Shown: positions 47,925 through 57,797, counted from the stretch's first letter. The stretch: DNA of 64,000 nucleotides from Pseudomonadota bacterium (GCA_003353845.1 PIVT01000014.1:3538-67537), one strand, 5' to 3'. Made by a program: numbers and translations. The notes: a model not told the origin generated them from the letters alone.

Positions 47925-48857
47925 TCAATCGCCATAGAAGTAAAAGAACTTCGGCCTTGTATCGAGCTCTGCCTTCAAGACGAAAGTTCGTTTATTCTCC
48001 ATCAAGTACCGGATCTCACTATCGGGATCGAGAAGATTCCCGAACTTCCGGGCGCCGACGGGACAAGCTTCAACACAGGCCGTATAACGTCCTTGCCGCG
48101 TGCGTTGAATGCACCAGGTACACTTTTCGACGACGCCGTGTTCCCTGGGGCGATTACCCAAGATGTGCATATTGGGATTGATCTCCTCGGCTGGGATCTG
48201 CGGTTCGGTCCAATTGAAGTGGCGTGCTCCGTAGGGACAGGCCGCCATGCAGTAGCGGCAGCCAATGCACCAGTCGTAATCCATGACGATGATGCCATCG
48301 GGCTCCTGCCAGGTCGCTTGCGTCGGGCAAGCCTTCACGCATTCCGGGTTCTCGCATTGCTGGCAGGCCACCGGCAAGTAGAACTTACCCTCGGCAGGTA
48401 CCTTCTCATGGTCGTAGAAGGGGTTCCCATCTTCGAAGTCAATCCGACGCAGGACATCGGTTCTCTCGAATTCGAGGACGCGAATCCAATGGATCTCCGG
48501 GCTGCGCGATTGGTTGTTCTCTTCGACGCAGGCATACACACAGCGTCGGCAACCAATGCAGCGTGAGACATCCAAGCCGTAGCCAAAGAGCACATCATCC
48601 ATAGGGCCCGTAACGCCCAGCTTCACTTCCTTGCCAGAGCGTTTGGAGTATTTCTTCTCCAGGCGCTCGATGAGGCGGTCGAGTTCTTCAGGGGAAAGCT
48701 CACGGAAGTGCTTCTGGAACAACGCTTCAAAATCAATCTTCGCATTGGCGGCTGCAGGGACCCCGGTCAATGCGGCGGCTCCAGCTCCCGCCGCCTTGAG
48801 AAACTTGCGACGTGAGTGCGAGGCACACGCCGTCGTGTTCTTATCAATCTTCTTCAT
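47925..48857 (-). CDS. Tat-exported 4Fe-4S ferredoxin subunit (NrfC/PsrB/HybA-like)
   Basis: Twin-arginine signal SRRKFLKAAGAGAAALTG. Cluster motifs CIGCRRCVYAC, CQQCENPECVKACP, CIGCRYCMAACP and CTWC...CVEACP. Confidence 0.87.
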   Translation of the reverse strand: MKKIDKNTTACASHSRRKFLKAAGAGAAALTGVPAAANAKIDFEALFQKHFRELSPEELDRLIERLEKKYSKRSGKEVKLGVTGPMDDVLFGYGLDVSRCIGCRRCVYACVEENNQSRSPEIHWIRVLEFERTDVLRRIDFEDGNPFYDHEKVPAEGKFYLPVACQQCENPECVKACPTQATWQEPDGIIVMDYDWCIGCRYCMAACPYGARHFNWTEPQIPAEEINPNMHILGNRPREHGVVEKCTWCIQRTRQGRYTACVEACPVGARKFGNLLDPDSEIRYLMENKRTFVLKAELDTRPKFFYFYGD

Positions 48858-49512
48858 AGGGCACCTCTTCCAACCTGATTAGTGTTCGCAACTTCAGCCC
48901 CTTCACAGGTTGTGGTGGTGGCTTTGGAGTAAGAGGTTTGAATAAGGGAGCGTGAGGATCATGGCATACGACACACGTGAAGTACTCTTTGGCCCCGATC
49001 CAATTCCCCACTCGCTTGCCGTGAACACCCGCACGCCAGTCCGGGATCCTCTTCGCGTGGCAGCGAGTACACACGCGCCAGGATTCCGCCATTTGCACCG
49101 GAGAGTGATCGGAGAGGTGCAGCAGGTCGCGTTGATCATCTTGATGGCAGTCCAGGCACCAGAGGTCGCCGTGGCTGATCTTGATATTATCGTGTTCCTC
49201 AAGCTCACGTTCTCGTGGATCTGCGGGCTCGCCTTCATGGCAATCGTCGCAGGGAAAGTATTCGTCATCGATGGGTGGCGGATCGAGGAGCCGTGCCTCT
49301 TCGTCGGGCGGGAGTGGGCGGCTTGGATAAGGTCGTGGGTTGCGAAACTTCCCCAATTCAGGTGCAGGGAATATACGTTCATCGGAAGGCTCGCCTCCGC
49401 TGGAGCCGAGGAGAGATACTGCGACGATGGCCACGGCAAGGGTCTTTCCCCTTGCTCGCCATGATCCCGATCCTCGCCTTTTCCCCCAAAACTTATAGGA
49501 GTAGCCTATCAT
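48844..49512 (-). CDS. tetrahaem c-type cytochrome (cytochrome c3 family-like)
   Basis: Four CxxCH motifs (CDDCH, CLDCH, CTRCH, CVVCH) and an N-terminal anchor/signal. Overlaps the FeS gene by 14 nt. Confidence 0.8.
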   Translation of the reverse strand: MIGYSYKFWGKRRGSGSWRARGKTLAVAIVAVSLLGSSGGEPSDERIFPAPELGKFRNPRPYPSRPLPPDEEARLLDPPPIDDEYFPCDDCHEGEPADPRERELEEHDNIKISHGDLWCLDCHQDDQRDLLHLSDHSPVQMAESWRVCTRCHAKRIPDWRAGVHGKRVGNWIGAKEYFTCVVCHDPHAPLFKPLTPKPPPQPVKGLKLRTLIRLEEVPYEED

Positions 49513-49977
49513 TGCCCTGTCTCCTCCGCTGCAACGAGCGGTTTCACATGATGGATTTAGCAGTCTGCGAGTACGATCTGCAGAAGTAAAACATACGTCA
49601 GGCTACACATTTTCATGCGTTTTTACTGACATACATCTTATCGAACAGAAAACGGCGCACCCCAACTAGAAACTCGACCAACACTCCAAAACCGATCACA
49701 TCAGACCACAACGCACAACGATGTGGCCTGCGGCACCATGAGGCTTCCTCCGTCCCTTCGACCGCCCTGCGAGTCGATATACATTCCCTGGAAGCATATA
49801 AGATCTCGGTTCGTACGAGACAATATTTTGTAGCCGCCCGAGTGTCAATCAAGTTTACCGAACTGCGACGACTTGCCGCCTACCGCGCTGTTCGTCCTCA
49901 CTGATCCATCCCATGCGACAACATGCCTCGGTTCTAACAGTGAATTTATTTCAGCACGCCATTTGCTTCATGTAGTC

Positions 49978-49993
49978 TGGAATCTTGCCTGCT
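49978..49993 (+). promoter_or_regulatory. weak sigma-54-like element upstream of the DUF2339-like gene
   Basis: TGGAATCTTGCCTGCT has GG and GC at the correct spacing. Both boxes are otherwise poor (TGGAAT, CTGCT). It lies 41 nt upstream of ATG 50034. Confidence 0.25.
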
Positions 49994-50033
49994 TTGCCAC
50001 ATCAAGAATCCACATCCTGGGGGCGAAGGATTC

Positions 50034-51797
50034 ATGACACAAGAATTTGACCAGTTGCGGGGTCAGATCGAAACGTTGACACATGAGGTTCACTCGATCC
50101 AGCAGAGGCTGGATACGCTTGAGGACCATGCGGGCAGAGAAAACGCGGAACGTCCCCCTGCTCCTCTCAAGGATGGGATAAGGCCCGAGCTCGCTCAGGC
50201 CAACACCGAGACCTCAGCAGACTCCAGCGAGTCGGTGCAAGGGATCATTTCTTTCACAGGACGCACACTCGTCGTGCTCGGCGGAGCGTTCCTACTTCGC
50301 GCCGTCACCGACACTTCGATGATCCCACCTCTCGGTGGAACCATCGCGGGTTTGCTGTACGGCATATGGTGGTTGGTGCAGGCCGACCGCACCGCCCAGG
50401 CGGAACGTCGGACCAGTGCAAGCTTTTACGGCTTGGTAACCGCGATCATTATCTACCCCTTGATTTGGGAAACCACTGCACAGTTCGAACTTTTGAGTAC
50501 AGCCACAGCAGCTAGCATCCTCGTGATCGTTCACTACCTGGGGCTAGCGGTAGCCTGGCATCGAAAGTTGCAGGCCGTCGCTTGGATCTTCACACTCTTT
50601 TCCGCAGCCACCGCAACGGCACTTATTTTTAGTACCCATGACCTCATCCCCTTCAGCCTGGCTCTATTGCTCATCGCCTTCGGCATCGAATCCTTCGCCT
50701 TTAAAGACCAATGGCTGGCGCTTCGTTGGCCCATCGCCTTCACCTTGGATTTTTGCATCTTAGCCATGGTCTTGGTGGCAACACGCATCGACGGCCCTTC
50801 TCCAAGCTTTGCCCCACTCCCCGCTATGACGGTAATCGTCATCAGTTCTCTGCTTCCAACGCTCTACTTCGGGAGCATTGTCGCTCGAACCCTACTCAGT
50901 GATCACGTTGTTCGACCCTTCGAGTTCGTTCAAGCGTCCCTGGCCTTTCTCGTGGGGTTTGGGGGAGCGATCCGCGTCACCGCATTCATCGAGACCAGCT
51001 TGGTCCCGGCCGCTGTTTCCATCATCCTCCTGGGCTTAGCGAGCTACGCAGTCTCCTTTACTTCCATCGATCGCCGCTCGGGGCGGGGGGTCAACTTCTA
51101 TTCCTACACGACCCTCGCCATCACACTGATCATTGTGGGGAACTTAATACTCTCTTCCGGAATCATGCTCGGGCTCTCTTTGGCACTGCTCGCCGTCGCG
51201 ACGACCCTCGTCGGTAGGCATTTCGACCGAATCACGCTGAAGTACCACAGCGCGATCTACATGGTAACGGCTGCGATTGCTTGTAATCTCGTGGCCCTGG
51301 CCTCAAACGGATTGCTCGCAGACCCGACTCGTGCCTTGCATTCCGTCGAACCCTTTTGCCTCGGGATCGTCATGCTGGCCGCACTCTGCTACGGAGCGCT
51401 CGCTTCAACCTCCACCGAGAAGACATCTTCATGGTATACACTCTTGCCACAGGCCACCCTTGCCGCATTGGTGGTGTGGAGTGCTGCGGGGATTGCAGCA
51501 GGGACCCTGCCTGGATTACTGGGCTTGCAAAAATCATCTCCTGATGTAGATCCCGCTTTGATCGTAGCGACACGACCGTCGGTGCTCGCGATAATCGCCG
51601 TGCTGCTCGCATGGAGCGCTCGACGCTGGTCTCTCAAAGAACTGACATGGCTCGTCTACCCCATCCTGATTCTGGGAGGGGCGAAACTTGCGTTGGAGAG
51701 CTTGCAGCACGGACGGCCGGAGACACTCTTCGTCGCCTTTGCCCTGTATGGCGGCGCACTGATCGTAACTCCAAGGTTGGCCAAGCTGAACTTCTAG
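50034..51797 (+). CDS. polytopic membrane protein with N-terminal coiled coil (DUF2339-like)
   Basis: 587 aa. QLRGQIETLTHEVHSIQQRLDTLE is followed by more than 12 hydrophobic helices. The family call is from memory of the architecture. Confidence 0.55.
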   Translation: MTQEFDQLRGQIETLTHEVHSIQQRLDTLEDHAGRENAERPPAPLKDGIRPELAQANTETSADSSESVQGIISFTGRTLVVLGGAFLLRAVTDTSMIPPLGGTIAGLLYGIWWLVQADRTAQAERRTSASFYGLVTAIIIYPLIWETTAQFELLSTATAASILVIVHYLGLAVAWHRKLQAVAWIFTLFSAATATALIFSTHDLIPFSLALLLIAFGIESFAFKDQWLALRWPIAFTLDFCILAMVLVATRIDGPSPSFAPLPAMTVIVISSLLPTLYFGSIVARTLLSDHVVRPFEFVQASLAFLVGFGGAIRVTAFIETSLVPAAVSIILLGLASYAVSFTSIDRRSGRGVNFYSYTTLAITLIIVGNLILSSGIMLGLSLALLAVATTLVGRHFDRITLKYHSAIYMVTAAIACNLVALASNGLLADPTRALHSVEPFCLGIVMLAALCYGALASTSTEKTSSWYTLLPQATLAALVVWSAAGIAAGTLPGLLGLQKSSPDVDPALIVATRPSVLAIIAVLLAWSARRWSLKELTWLVYPILILGGAKLALESLQHGRPETLFVAFALYGGALIVTPRLAKLNF

Positions 51798-52624
51798 TTC
51801 GACGCTTCTTCCTTTATTTTCTTGCTCTGTGCCCGAACTTCTTCGCGTTTCTTCGTCAATTGATTGAGGAGATCGCTCACCTCGGCTTCGATCTCATCCA
51901 AATCAAAGGTGTGCCAGGTAATCGCCAAATGGTGGAGCTTGCCGTCAACTTCTTTGAAGAATGCATCCCTTTCACTCGGTTCGATTCGGCGAATGATGTA
52001 TCGATAGAAACGATTGATCGAATGGATGCCACTGAGCGTCTCTCGGGCGATTTCGGGATTCTCTGGATAGTTGTCGCTCTCCTCATTGTGGCAGTGCAGG
52101 CAGGCATCGGCGACAGAAGTGATGTCGAGAACTTTGACGTCGATGGATCCATGGCAAGTGACACACGTAGGTCCCTGGTCTTCCTGTTTCTCCGCCACCA
52201 CCTGTTGGAAGTGTTCGCTCTTTTTAAAACCGTTGAGAATCTCCTCGTGACAGCCACCACAGGTATCCACAACATTCTTGAAATGGACGCCGCTGGCCTC
52301 ATCGGTTGCTGCAACTCCAGGAAAGTGTGACTTCTCCTTGTCGGCGATGCTGGGGTCTCCGCCATGACAATCGTCACAAGTGATATCTCCTGAATGCACG
52401 GAAGCTTTCCATTCCTGGAAGTAGTCGAAGATCTTCTTGTTTTGCACGAGGAACTTGGAGTTCCCGTGGCACTCGACGCAGGTATTGGGTTTAGCTTCTG
52501 CAGAAGCATCGCTGGAAAGCATTAACCCGATCGCAAGCAAGAGGCACGACAGGGAAATGGCGGCTCGGAACACAAGGAACTGTGCGCTACTGCAACGTTT
52601 CGATTGGATAGATAGTATTCTCAT
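51794..52624 (-). CDS. pentahaem c-type cytochrome
   Basis: Five CxxCH motifs (CVECH, CDDCH, CGGCH, CVTCH, CLHCH). Start set at ATG 52624, preceded by AAGGAG 7 nt upstream. N-terminal signal/anchor. Confidence 0.8.
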   Translation of the reverse strand: MRILSIQSKRCSSAQFLVFRAAISLSCLLLAIGLMLSSDASAEAKPNTCVECHGNSKFLVQNKKIFDYFQEWKASVHSGDITCDDCHGGDPSIADKEKSHFPGVAATDEASGVHFKNVVDTCGGCHEEILNGFKKSEHFQQVVAEKQEDQGPTCVTCHGSIDVKVLDITSVADACLHCHNEESDNYPENPEIARETLSGIHSINRFYRYIIRRIEPSERDAFFKEVDGKLHHLAITWHTFDLDEIEAEVSDLLNQLTKKREEVRAQSKKIKEEASN

Positions 52625-52873
52625 CTCGATCTCCTTCTCCAGCAACTCAGATAATACAAACTTCTACTCCGTCGTCCCGCAAGGAACATTATGTCCATTC
52701 AAGGTGGCCAAGACTCAATCTAACCAACAAACTGTGCCGAAAGCCATTGATCTCATCCGACGGTAGTTGATCGCTACAAAGATCGTCGCGACGGCGCTGC
52801 TTATGGCGTACCCTGCGCAGAAGTGGCGCGGTCAGTGGATGATGACCAAAAACTCGTCCTAAAGGAATTTTTC

Positions 52874-54418
52874 ATGCAACAGCTCAGTGGACAGGACGCC
52901 CTGTTCCTGCACCTGGAATTCGACGGTTTCCCCATGCATATCGGGGGCGTCGCCATTTACGATCAAACCACCGCGCCGGGTGGCAAAGTCAGGTTCAAGG
53001 ATATTCTTCGCACCTTTGAAGAGCGCCTGCACCGCTCTCCCATTTTTCGCCGCAAGCTGGCCATGGTCCCCATGTCTTTGGACCAACCCTACTGGGTGGA
53101 CGATGAGAATTTCGATTTGGAGTTTCACGTTCGCCACATCGCCTTACCCCAGCCCGGAGATTGGCGGCAGCTATGCATTCAGGTGGCACGTCTGCACTCG
53201 CGCCCGCTGGATCTCAGTCGCCCGCTCTGGGAAATCTATGTCATCGAAGGCTTGAAAAATGTGGAAGGTGCACCCGAGGATAGTTTTGCACTGTTTATCA
53301 AGGTTCATCACTCGACCATGGACGGAACCGCAGGGCTTGAGTTTATCGGTGCCATTCACGACTTGGAAGCGAACCCCGCCCCCACGGAAGCGGCACCTCC
53401 TTGGACACCAAGGAAACTTCCGCACAACATCGAGCTGCTGACCCGCGCCTATTTCCGCAACATGCTAAAGCCCACTCAAATGGCCCGCCTGATAAGTGAT
53501 ATCTTCCCAGCATACCAGCGGATCACGCGCGGAAAAAAAGAACAGCTCTTCGAAGCAATTGAGGAAAAGCCGAAGACCCGGTTCAATGGAAAGCTATCCC
53601 CGCACCGGGTCGTGGATGCAGCCCGATTTGATTTCGAGGATTTTCGGAAAATCAAAAACGCTGTCAAAGGTGCAACCATCAATGATACCGTGCTGACCGT
53701 CGTGTCCGGTGCCCTGCGCAAGTATCTTAAGGCCAAGGGCGAACTGCCAAAACAGAGTCTGGTCACGGGTTGTCCCATTGATGTTCGCAATGAGACTGAA
53801 CAATCCACTGGCGGCAATGTCGTTGGTTTTATGAATGTGGCGCTCCGAACCGATATCGCCGATCCACTAAAGCGGCTGCGACTCGTACACAAGGCGGCTC
53901 TTTCATCGAAAGCCTACGCCGAGGCATTGGGACCGCGAATCGCCATGGACGTGGCGGAGGCGGTGCCCGGAGGCTTTATCTCACTATTGATGCGTTTGGC
54001 AATCGGCGCGGGCATCGCCGAATCCAACCTGGTTCAAAATACCATGGTCACCAACGTGCCGGGGCCGCCCGTCGAACTGTACCTGACGGGTGCCGAGTTG
54101 GTGAATGCCTTTGGTGTGGGCCCGCTGCTACCCACCATGGGCCTGTTTCACACGGTGACAACCTTCGTGATGAATAAGAAGGGCACCATCATCATCGCCT
54201 TTGCGTCTTGCCGAGACGTGATGTCCGACCCGGAATTCTACGCAGATTGCTTGCGGGATTCCTTTGAAGAGTTGAAACATGCCGTCTCCACCACCGCCTC
54301 GACCAAGGCCGCGCCGCGTGCCAAGCCAGGAACCAAGAAGAAGACAAGCAAGGTCACGAAGAAAAAGACGGTGAAGACCAAGTCGAGCAAAACCCAGAGC
54401 ACAAAGAAAAAGGCCTAG
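52874..54418 (+). CDS. wax ester synthase/diacylglycerol acyltransferase (WS/DGAT) with Lys-rich tail
   Basis: Active-site HHSTMDG (HHxxxDG) and N-terminus MQQLSGQDALFLHLE typical of the family. The C-terminal ~45 aa are K/T/S-rich. Confidence 0.85.
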   Translation: MQQLSGQDALFLHLEFDGFPMHIGGVAIYDQTTAPGGKVRFKDILRTFEERLHRSPIFRRKLAMVPMSLDQPYWVDDENFDLEFHVRHIALPQPGDWRQLCIQVARLHSRPLDLSRPLWEIYVIEGLKNVEGAPEDSFALFIKVHHSTMDGTAGLEFIGAIHDLEANPAPTEAAPPWTPRKLPHNIELLTRAYFRNMLKPTQMARLISDIFPAYQRITRGKKEQLFEAIEEKPKTRFNGKLSPHRVVDAARFDFEDFRKIKNAVKGATINDTVLTVVSGALRKYLKAKGELPKQSLVTGCPIDVRNETEQSTGGNVVGFMNVALRTDIADPLKRLRLVHKAALSSKAYAEALGPRIAMDVAEAVPGGFISLLMRLAIGAGIAESNLVQNTMVTNVPGPPVELYLTGAELVNAFGVGPLLPTMGLFHTVTTFVMNKKGTIIIAFASCRDVMSDPEFYADCLRDSFEELKHAVSTTASTKAAPRAKPGTKKKTSKVTKKKTVKTKSSKTQSTKKKA

Positions 54419-54453
54419 CCAATTTCAATTGGCACTTTCGATGGCTTCGGCTC

Positions 54454-55404
54454 TCAGTTTGAAGTCGCGCGGCTTGACTTGCGCGTACGTGCAGAGGCTG
54501 CCGACCTTTTGATGTCGTCGCCATTAATGGTATCGATGATTTCGTGGAAGGCCCCGAGCCCACCGAGGTGACCCTCACCAGGGCGCAGGGTGAAGCGTGC
54601 GTCGGGGATCAAGTCCACCATGTGCTGGCAGTGTTCCACGGGGATGATGGGGTCTGCATCCCCATGCCACATGTAAACCGGAACCCGAATGTCCTTGAGT
54701 AAGAATCCCCAATCCCGGCCAAAGAGGACACTGTCAATGAGAAACGCCTGCATCTGATCACGGCCACCGTTCACGAGGTCTTCGATGAACATCTGTCGCG
54801 TCAAGGGATTCGTGAAGAGGCGGCGGTCACCATGAGGCATTCGGCTGGTCACCAGTTGAATAAGTGGATCGGCCTTGGGTGCCAACACTCTGATCAGGTT
54901 GCGCATGAGAAGATTGAGGGGAGCGCGCGCATGCTTCATGACGGGCGAGGCCATGCGCGTGGCGGTGGATACGGCTCCCTCCGCAGCCTCCGGCCCGGTA
55001 GAGGGTGCCAGGCTGCCCAGGATCACGGCGTTTCTCACCCGATCGGGCATCTCGGCGGCACAAGCCAGGGCGTAGGGGCCGCCGCCGGAGAGACCCACAA
55101 CATCGAAACCTTCGATCCCCTTGCCGATGCAGAACTCTTCGACGTCGTGAGCCCAATGGACAATGGCTTCGTAGAGATGTGGTGTGGAATCGCCGATGCC
55201 CGGGCGTTCGATGGCGATGATCCGGATGTCGCGCTCGCAGGCCCCCTCCCGTGCGTCCGGCGCAATTTGTCGCCTCGCTCCGGGGCTGGCGTGAAACCAG
55301 AGCAAGGGCCGACCCGAGGCAGGACCGTACTCGGCATAGCCGAGCTGGCGGCCGTCCCTTAGGTGAAAGGTTCCCTGCAAGCGAGGGGGGCGAATTTCGG
55401 GCAT
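54454..55404 (-). CDS. alpha/beta-fold hydrolase
   Basis: Nucleophile elbow VGLSGGG, with a late Asp and His (GDADPIIP, GEGHLG). Confidence 0.8.
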   Translation of the reverse strand: MPEIRPPRLQGTFHLRDGRQLGYAEYGPASGRPLLWFHASPGARRQIAPDAREGACERDIRIIAIERPGIGDSTPHLYEAIVHWAHDVEEFCIGKGIEGFDVVGLSGGGPYALACAAEMPDRVRNAVILGSLAPSTGPEAAEGAVSTATRMASPVMKHARAPLNLLMRNLIRVLAPKADPLIQLVTSRMPHGDRRLFTNPLTRQMFIEDLVNGGRDQMQAFLIDSVLFGRDWGFLLKDIRVPVYMWHGDADPIIPVEHCQHMVDLIPDARFTLRPGEGHLGGLGAFHEIIDTINGDDIKRSAASARTRKSSRATSN

Positions 55405-55668
55405 GGAAGCTCCTTCAAGATCGGCCTAATAAGAGGGGGGGACTCTGCAACGGCCCAGCAACAGCGCCCGTTCAAAAAATTAGCATGCTGAAGCCCACTT
55501 GCCTCTAGCCCGAACTAGGTTGGTTGATCAGAAGAGAGCCGCACTGCCCTCTCTTCCCTGGGGGCAGAGAGCGAACATCAGCCCTTGCTTTCTAGCTCTT
55601 GAAAAAAGCAGGCCCAATTAGAGAGTGGAAATGAAAAATTTCTGTATAGTCAGAATGACGATGGGGGC

Positions 55669-56241
55669 ATGATGGGGTTCAAAAACAAGATCATAAGAGT
55701 TCTCTTCCTGACAGTGCTTGGCGGCATCTTTGCGACGTCGGCTCAGGCGGCGTCTTTTTATATTTCCCTGGCAGACGGGTCAAACCCCAACTCGACGGGC
55801 GTTGCCATCGATTTGTACCTGAAGAACAGCGAGCCCTTCTATGCTTTTACTACTTATGCATGGGAAGTCACTGCCGTGGGTGACATTGCGCTCACCGGTT
55901 GGACCCCCAACGAGGGATCACCAGCCTGGAAGCAGTTTCCTGAAAAAATCTCCGGCACCCAGGGCGAGTTCGCGATCACACCAGGACCGATACACATCGG
56001 AACCTTCACGGTGGATGTAGGTACGGAACCCCATGAACTCTGGGCAAGTTCCAATCTCCAGGACGTGGTGGAATATAAAGGCTTCATCACTTCCCGGATT
56101 GAACCCATGCTGCTTTACAGCAGTTCCCAACCGGGTGTGCTCAATCCCATTCCCGAACCCGGCTCAGCTCTCCTCTTCCTCTTGGGCCTCGGACTCGTGA
56201 ACCTGGCCGACCGTCGAAAACGAACGCAAAATCGAGAGTAA
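55669..56241 (+). CDS. PEP-CTERM sorting-domain secreted protein
   Basis: Signal peptide. The C-terminus PIPEPGSALLFLLGLGLVNLADRRKR has the PEP motif, a TM and a basic tail. Confidence 0.8.
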   Translation: MMGFKNKIIRVLFLTVLGGIFATSAQAASFYISLADGSNPNSTGVAIDLYLKNSEPFYAFTTYAWEVTAVGDIALTGWTPNEGSPAWKQFPEKISGTQGEFAITPGPIHIGTFTVDVGTEPHELWASSNLQDVVEYKGFITSRIEPMLLYSSSQPGVLNPIPEPGSALLFLLGLGLVNLADRRKRTQNRE

Positions 56242-56247
56242 AACGAG

Positions 56248-56928
56248 CTAGAGAGCTACCACACCAAAGAGCTTCTCGTGAAAAGTAACGGCAAGTGCGA
56301 AGAGCACCAACGCGAGCACGATTCGCCAGATCCCAAATTCTGAGAGGACCAGGCTATTGCGTCCTTGAACAATGGCCATCAAAGGAATCGCCGAAGTCTG
56401 TTCAGCAAAGCGCTTCCAATGCTCACCGTGCGCACGCGCACGACGCGCATCAATCGTAATCTGGCCCACTCCCGCCACAAAAAGAAAAGTGCCAAAGAAA
56501 ATCAGTGAAGCGAGATCCCCTTTTTGCACGAGGTGTACAAACGCCCAGATACAAACGCCGGACAAGGCGGGGTGGCGCGTAATCCGCAGGACACCCTTAG
56601 CCACTCCGTCCTTTTCGAGTAGGGCGCCACCGGCGACAGCCGTTGGGCTCGGTGTGGTCATCCCCACCCCTACCAAGAGAAATGCGACGAGCAGAAGAAT
56701 GAACCCCACCGGCCCGAATCCTGACGTCATGTCCCAGCATTCAATGATCGAACTATTATGGGAATAAGCGCGGCACAGCCATACGACCCCCACAATGGAA
56801 AGAACCGAGAAGAGTCCCAGGTACCCATTCTCGCCCAGTCGCTGCACGAGGGCATCACGCATCCGTGTCCCGGAAACAAAGATGTGAATTCCGATAAAGA
56901 AGAGAGACGCCAGAATAATTGATGTCAT
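56248..56928 (-). CDS. NnrU-family membrane protein
   Basis: MTSIILASLFFIGIHIFVSGTRMRDALVQRLGENGYLGLFSVLSIVG matches the NnrU N-terminal pattern, recalled from memory. Confidence 0.65.
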   Translation of the reverse strand: MTSIILASLFFIGIHIFVSGTRMRDALVQRLGENGYLGLFSVLSIVGVVWLCRAYSHNSSIIECWDMTSGFGPVGFILLLVAFLLVGVGMTTPSPTAVAGGALLEKDGVAKGVLRITRHPALSGVCIWAFVHLVQKGDLASLIFFGTFLFVAGVGQITIDARRARAHGEHWKRFAEQTSAIPLMAIVQGRNSLVLSEFGIWRIVLALVLFALAVTFHEKLFGVVAL

Positions 56929-56990
56929 AAAACCGCCCTCGCCCGATTTCTTGGTTGAAGGTTAGTTCTTCAGCTGCTAGAAGACGCCGG

Positions 56991-57797
56991 TTATTCGCTT
57001 TTTAAATAGCATTGCCGCCAGTCTTCCAGGAAAAGCTTATACCCCAAATATCCAAAAATTAACGGAAAGACAAAGTACTGGTACTGGGTCCAAGCCAGAG
57101 CAAGCAACGTATCGGCGACTCCACCCGGCATGTTTGCAAAATGGCCAAACACCTCTGAAAAAGAAAAGACAAAAGTTGCAGCCGCTGGCGCACCGCAACT
57201 GAGCACGGGTACCAAATAACGATAAGGTGAACGCTTCTTGTTTAGATGGAAGAAATAGAAAGTCGATACCACATTTATAAATGCATAAACTTCGATGGTG
57301 AAAAACGTAGAATTGTGATTGACCGTACGCAGATCAACGGCGCCGAAAGAACCCAGCATCCACCAATACATATGCAACACGCTCTCACGCATATAGTCGG
57401 TATACGACACCACATCCTGAATCGTATGAATATCAATAAAAACAATACGGGAAAAAATCACCCAGGGAATTTCCCACACGATGTTCGTGATGGCATAACA
57501 CAGCATCCAGATCACCAGGCAGTCATGGTAGATGCCCATTTTTGAGCGGCTTTCATTCTTTTGCGTCAGCAAACCCAAAAGCCATCCATTGAGCCAAATG
57601 CTGACGCCATAAAGGGAGACCCTGGCACTCGTAAGGAAGTCCACGACGCCAAGGAAAAACAAGGCGCCCATCACCCCGACGCCACCCCACCAAAAAAGCG
57701 TCCATAGTAAAAACTGCTTTCGGGCGATTGGAGAAATCGAACGTTCAATGGGCTGACCTACCATCTCAAGATCCGCTGCCTGCGCTGAAAGGTTCAT
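56991..57797 (-). CDS. hypothetical polytopic membrane protein (visibly lower GC)
   Basis: 268 aa, Trp/Tyr/Phe-rich with about 7 hydrophobic segments. No recognised family. Confidence 0.5.
   Translation of the reverse strand: MNLSAQAADLEMVGQPIERSISPIARKQFLLWTLFWWGGVGVMGALFFLGVVDFLTSARVSLYGVSIWLNGWLLGLLTQKNESRSKMGIYHDCLVIWMLCYAITNIVWEIPWVIFSRIVFIDIHTIQDVVSYTDYMRESVLHMYWWMLGSFGAVDLRTVNHNSTFFTIEVYAFINVVSTFYFFHLNKKRSPYRYLVPVLSCGAPAAATFVFSFSEVFGHFANMPGGVADTLLALAWTQYQYFVFPLIFGYLGYKLFLEDWRQCYLKSE

Noticed and set aside
46927-47937. 336-aa plus-strand ORF opposite the NrfD-like gene
   Set aside because: It has a highly charged D/E/H/R composition and no motifs. The minus-strand frame gives regular TM helices and sits in an operon with the FeS subunit.
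52803-52818. Sigma-54-like TGGCGTACCCTGCGCA upstream of the WS/DGAT gene
   Set aside because: Only the GG/GC spacing matches. The -12 box lacks the TT and the -24 box is imperfect, so it is likely chance in GC-rich DNA.
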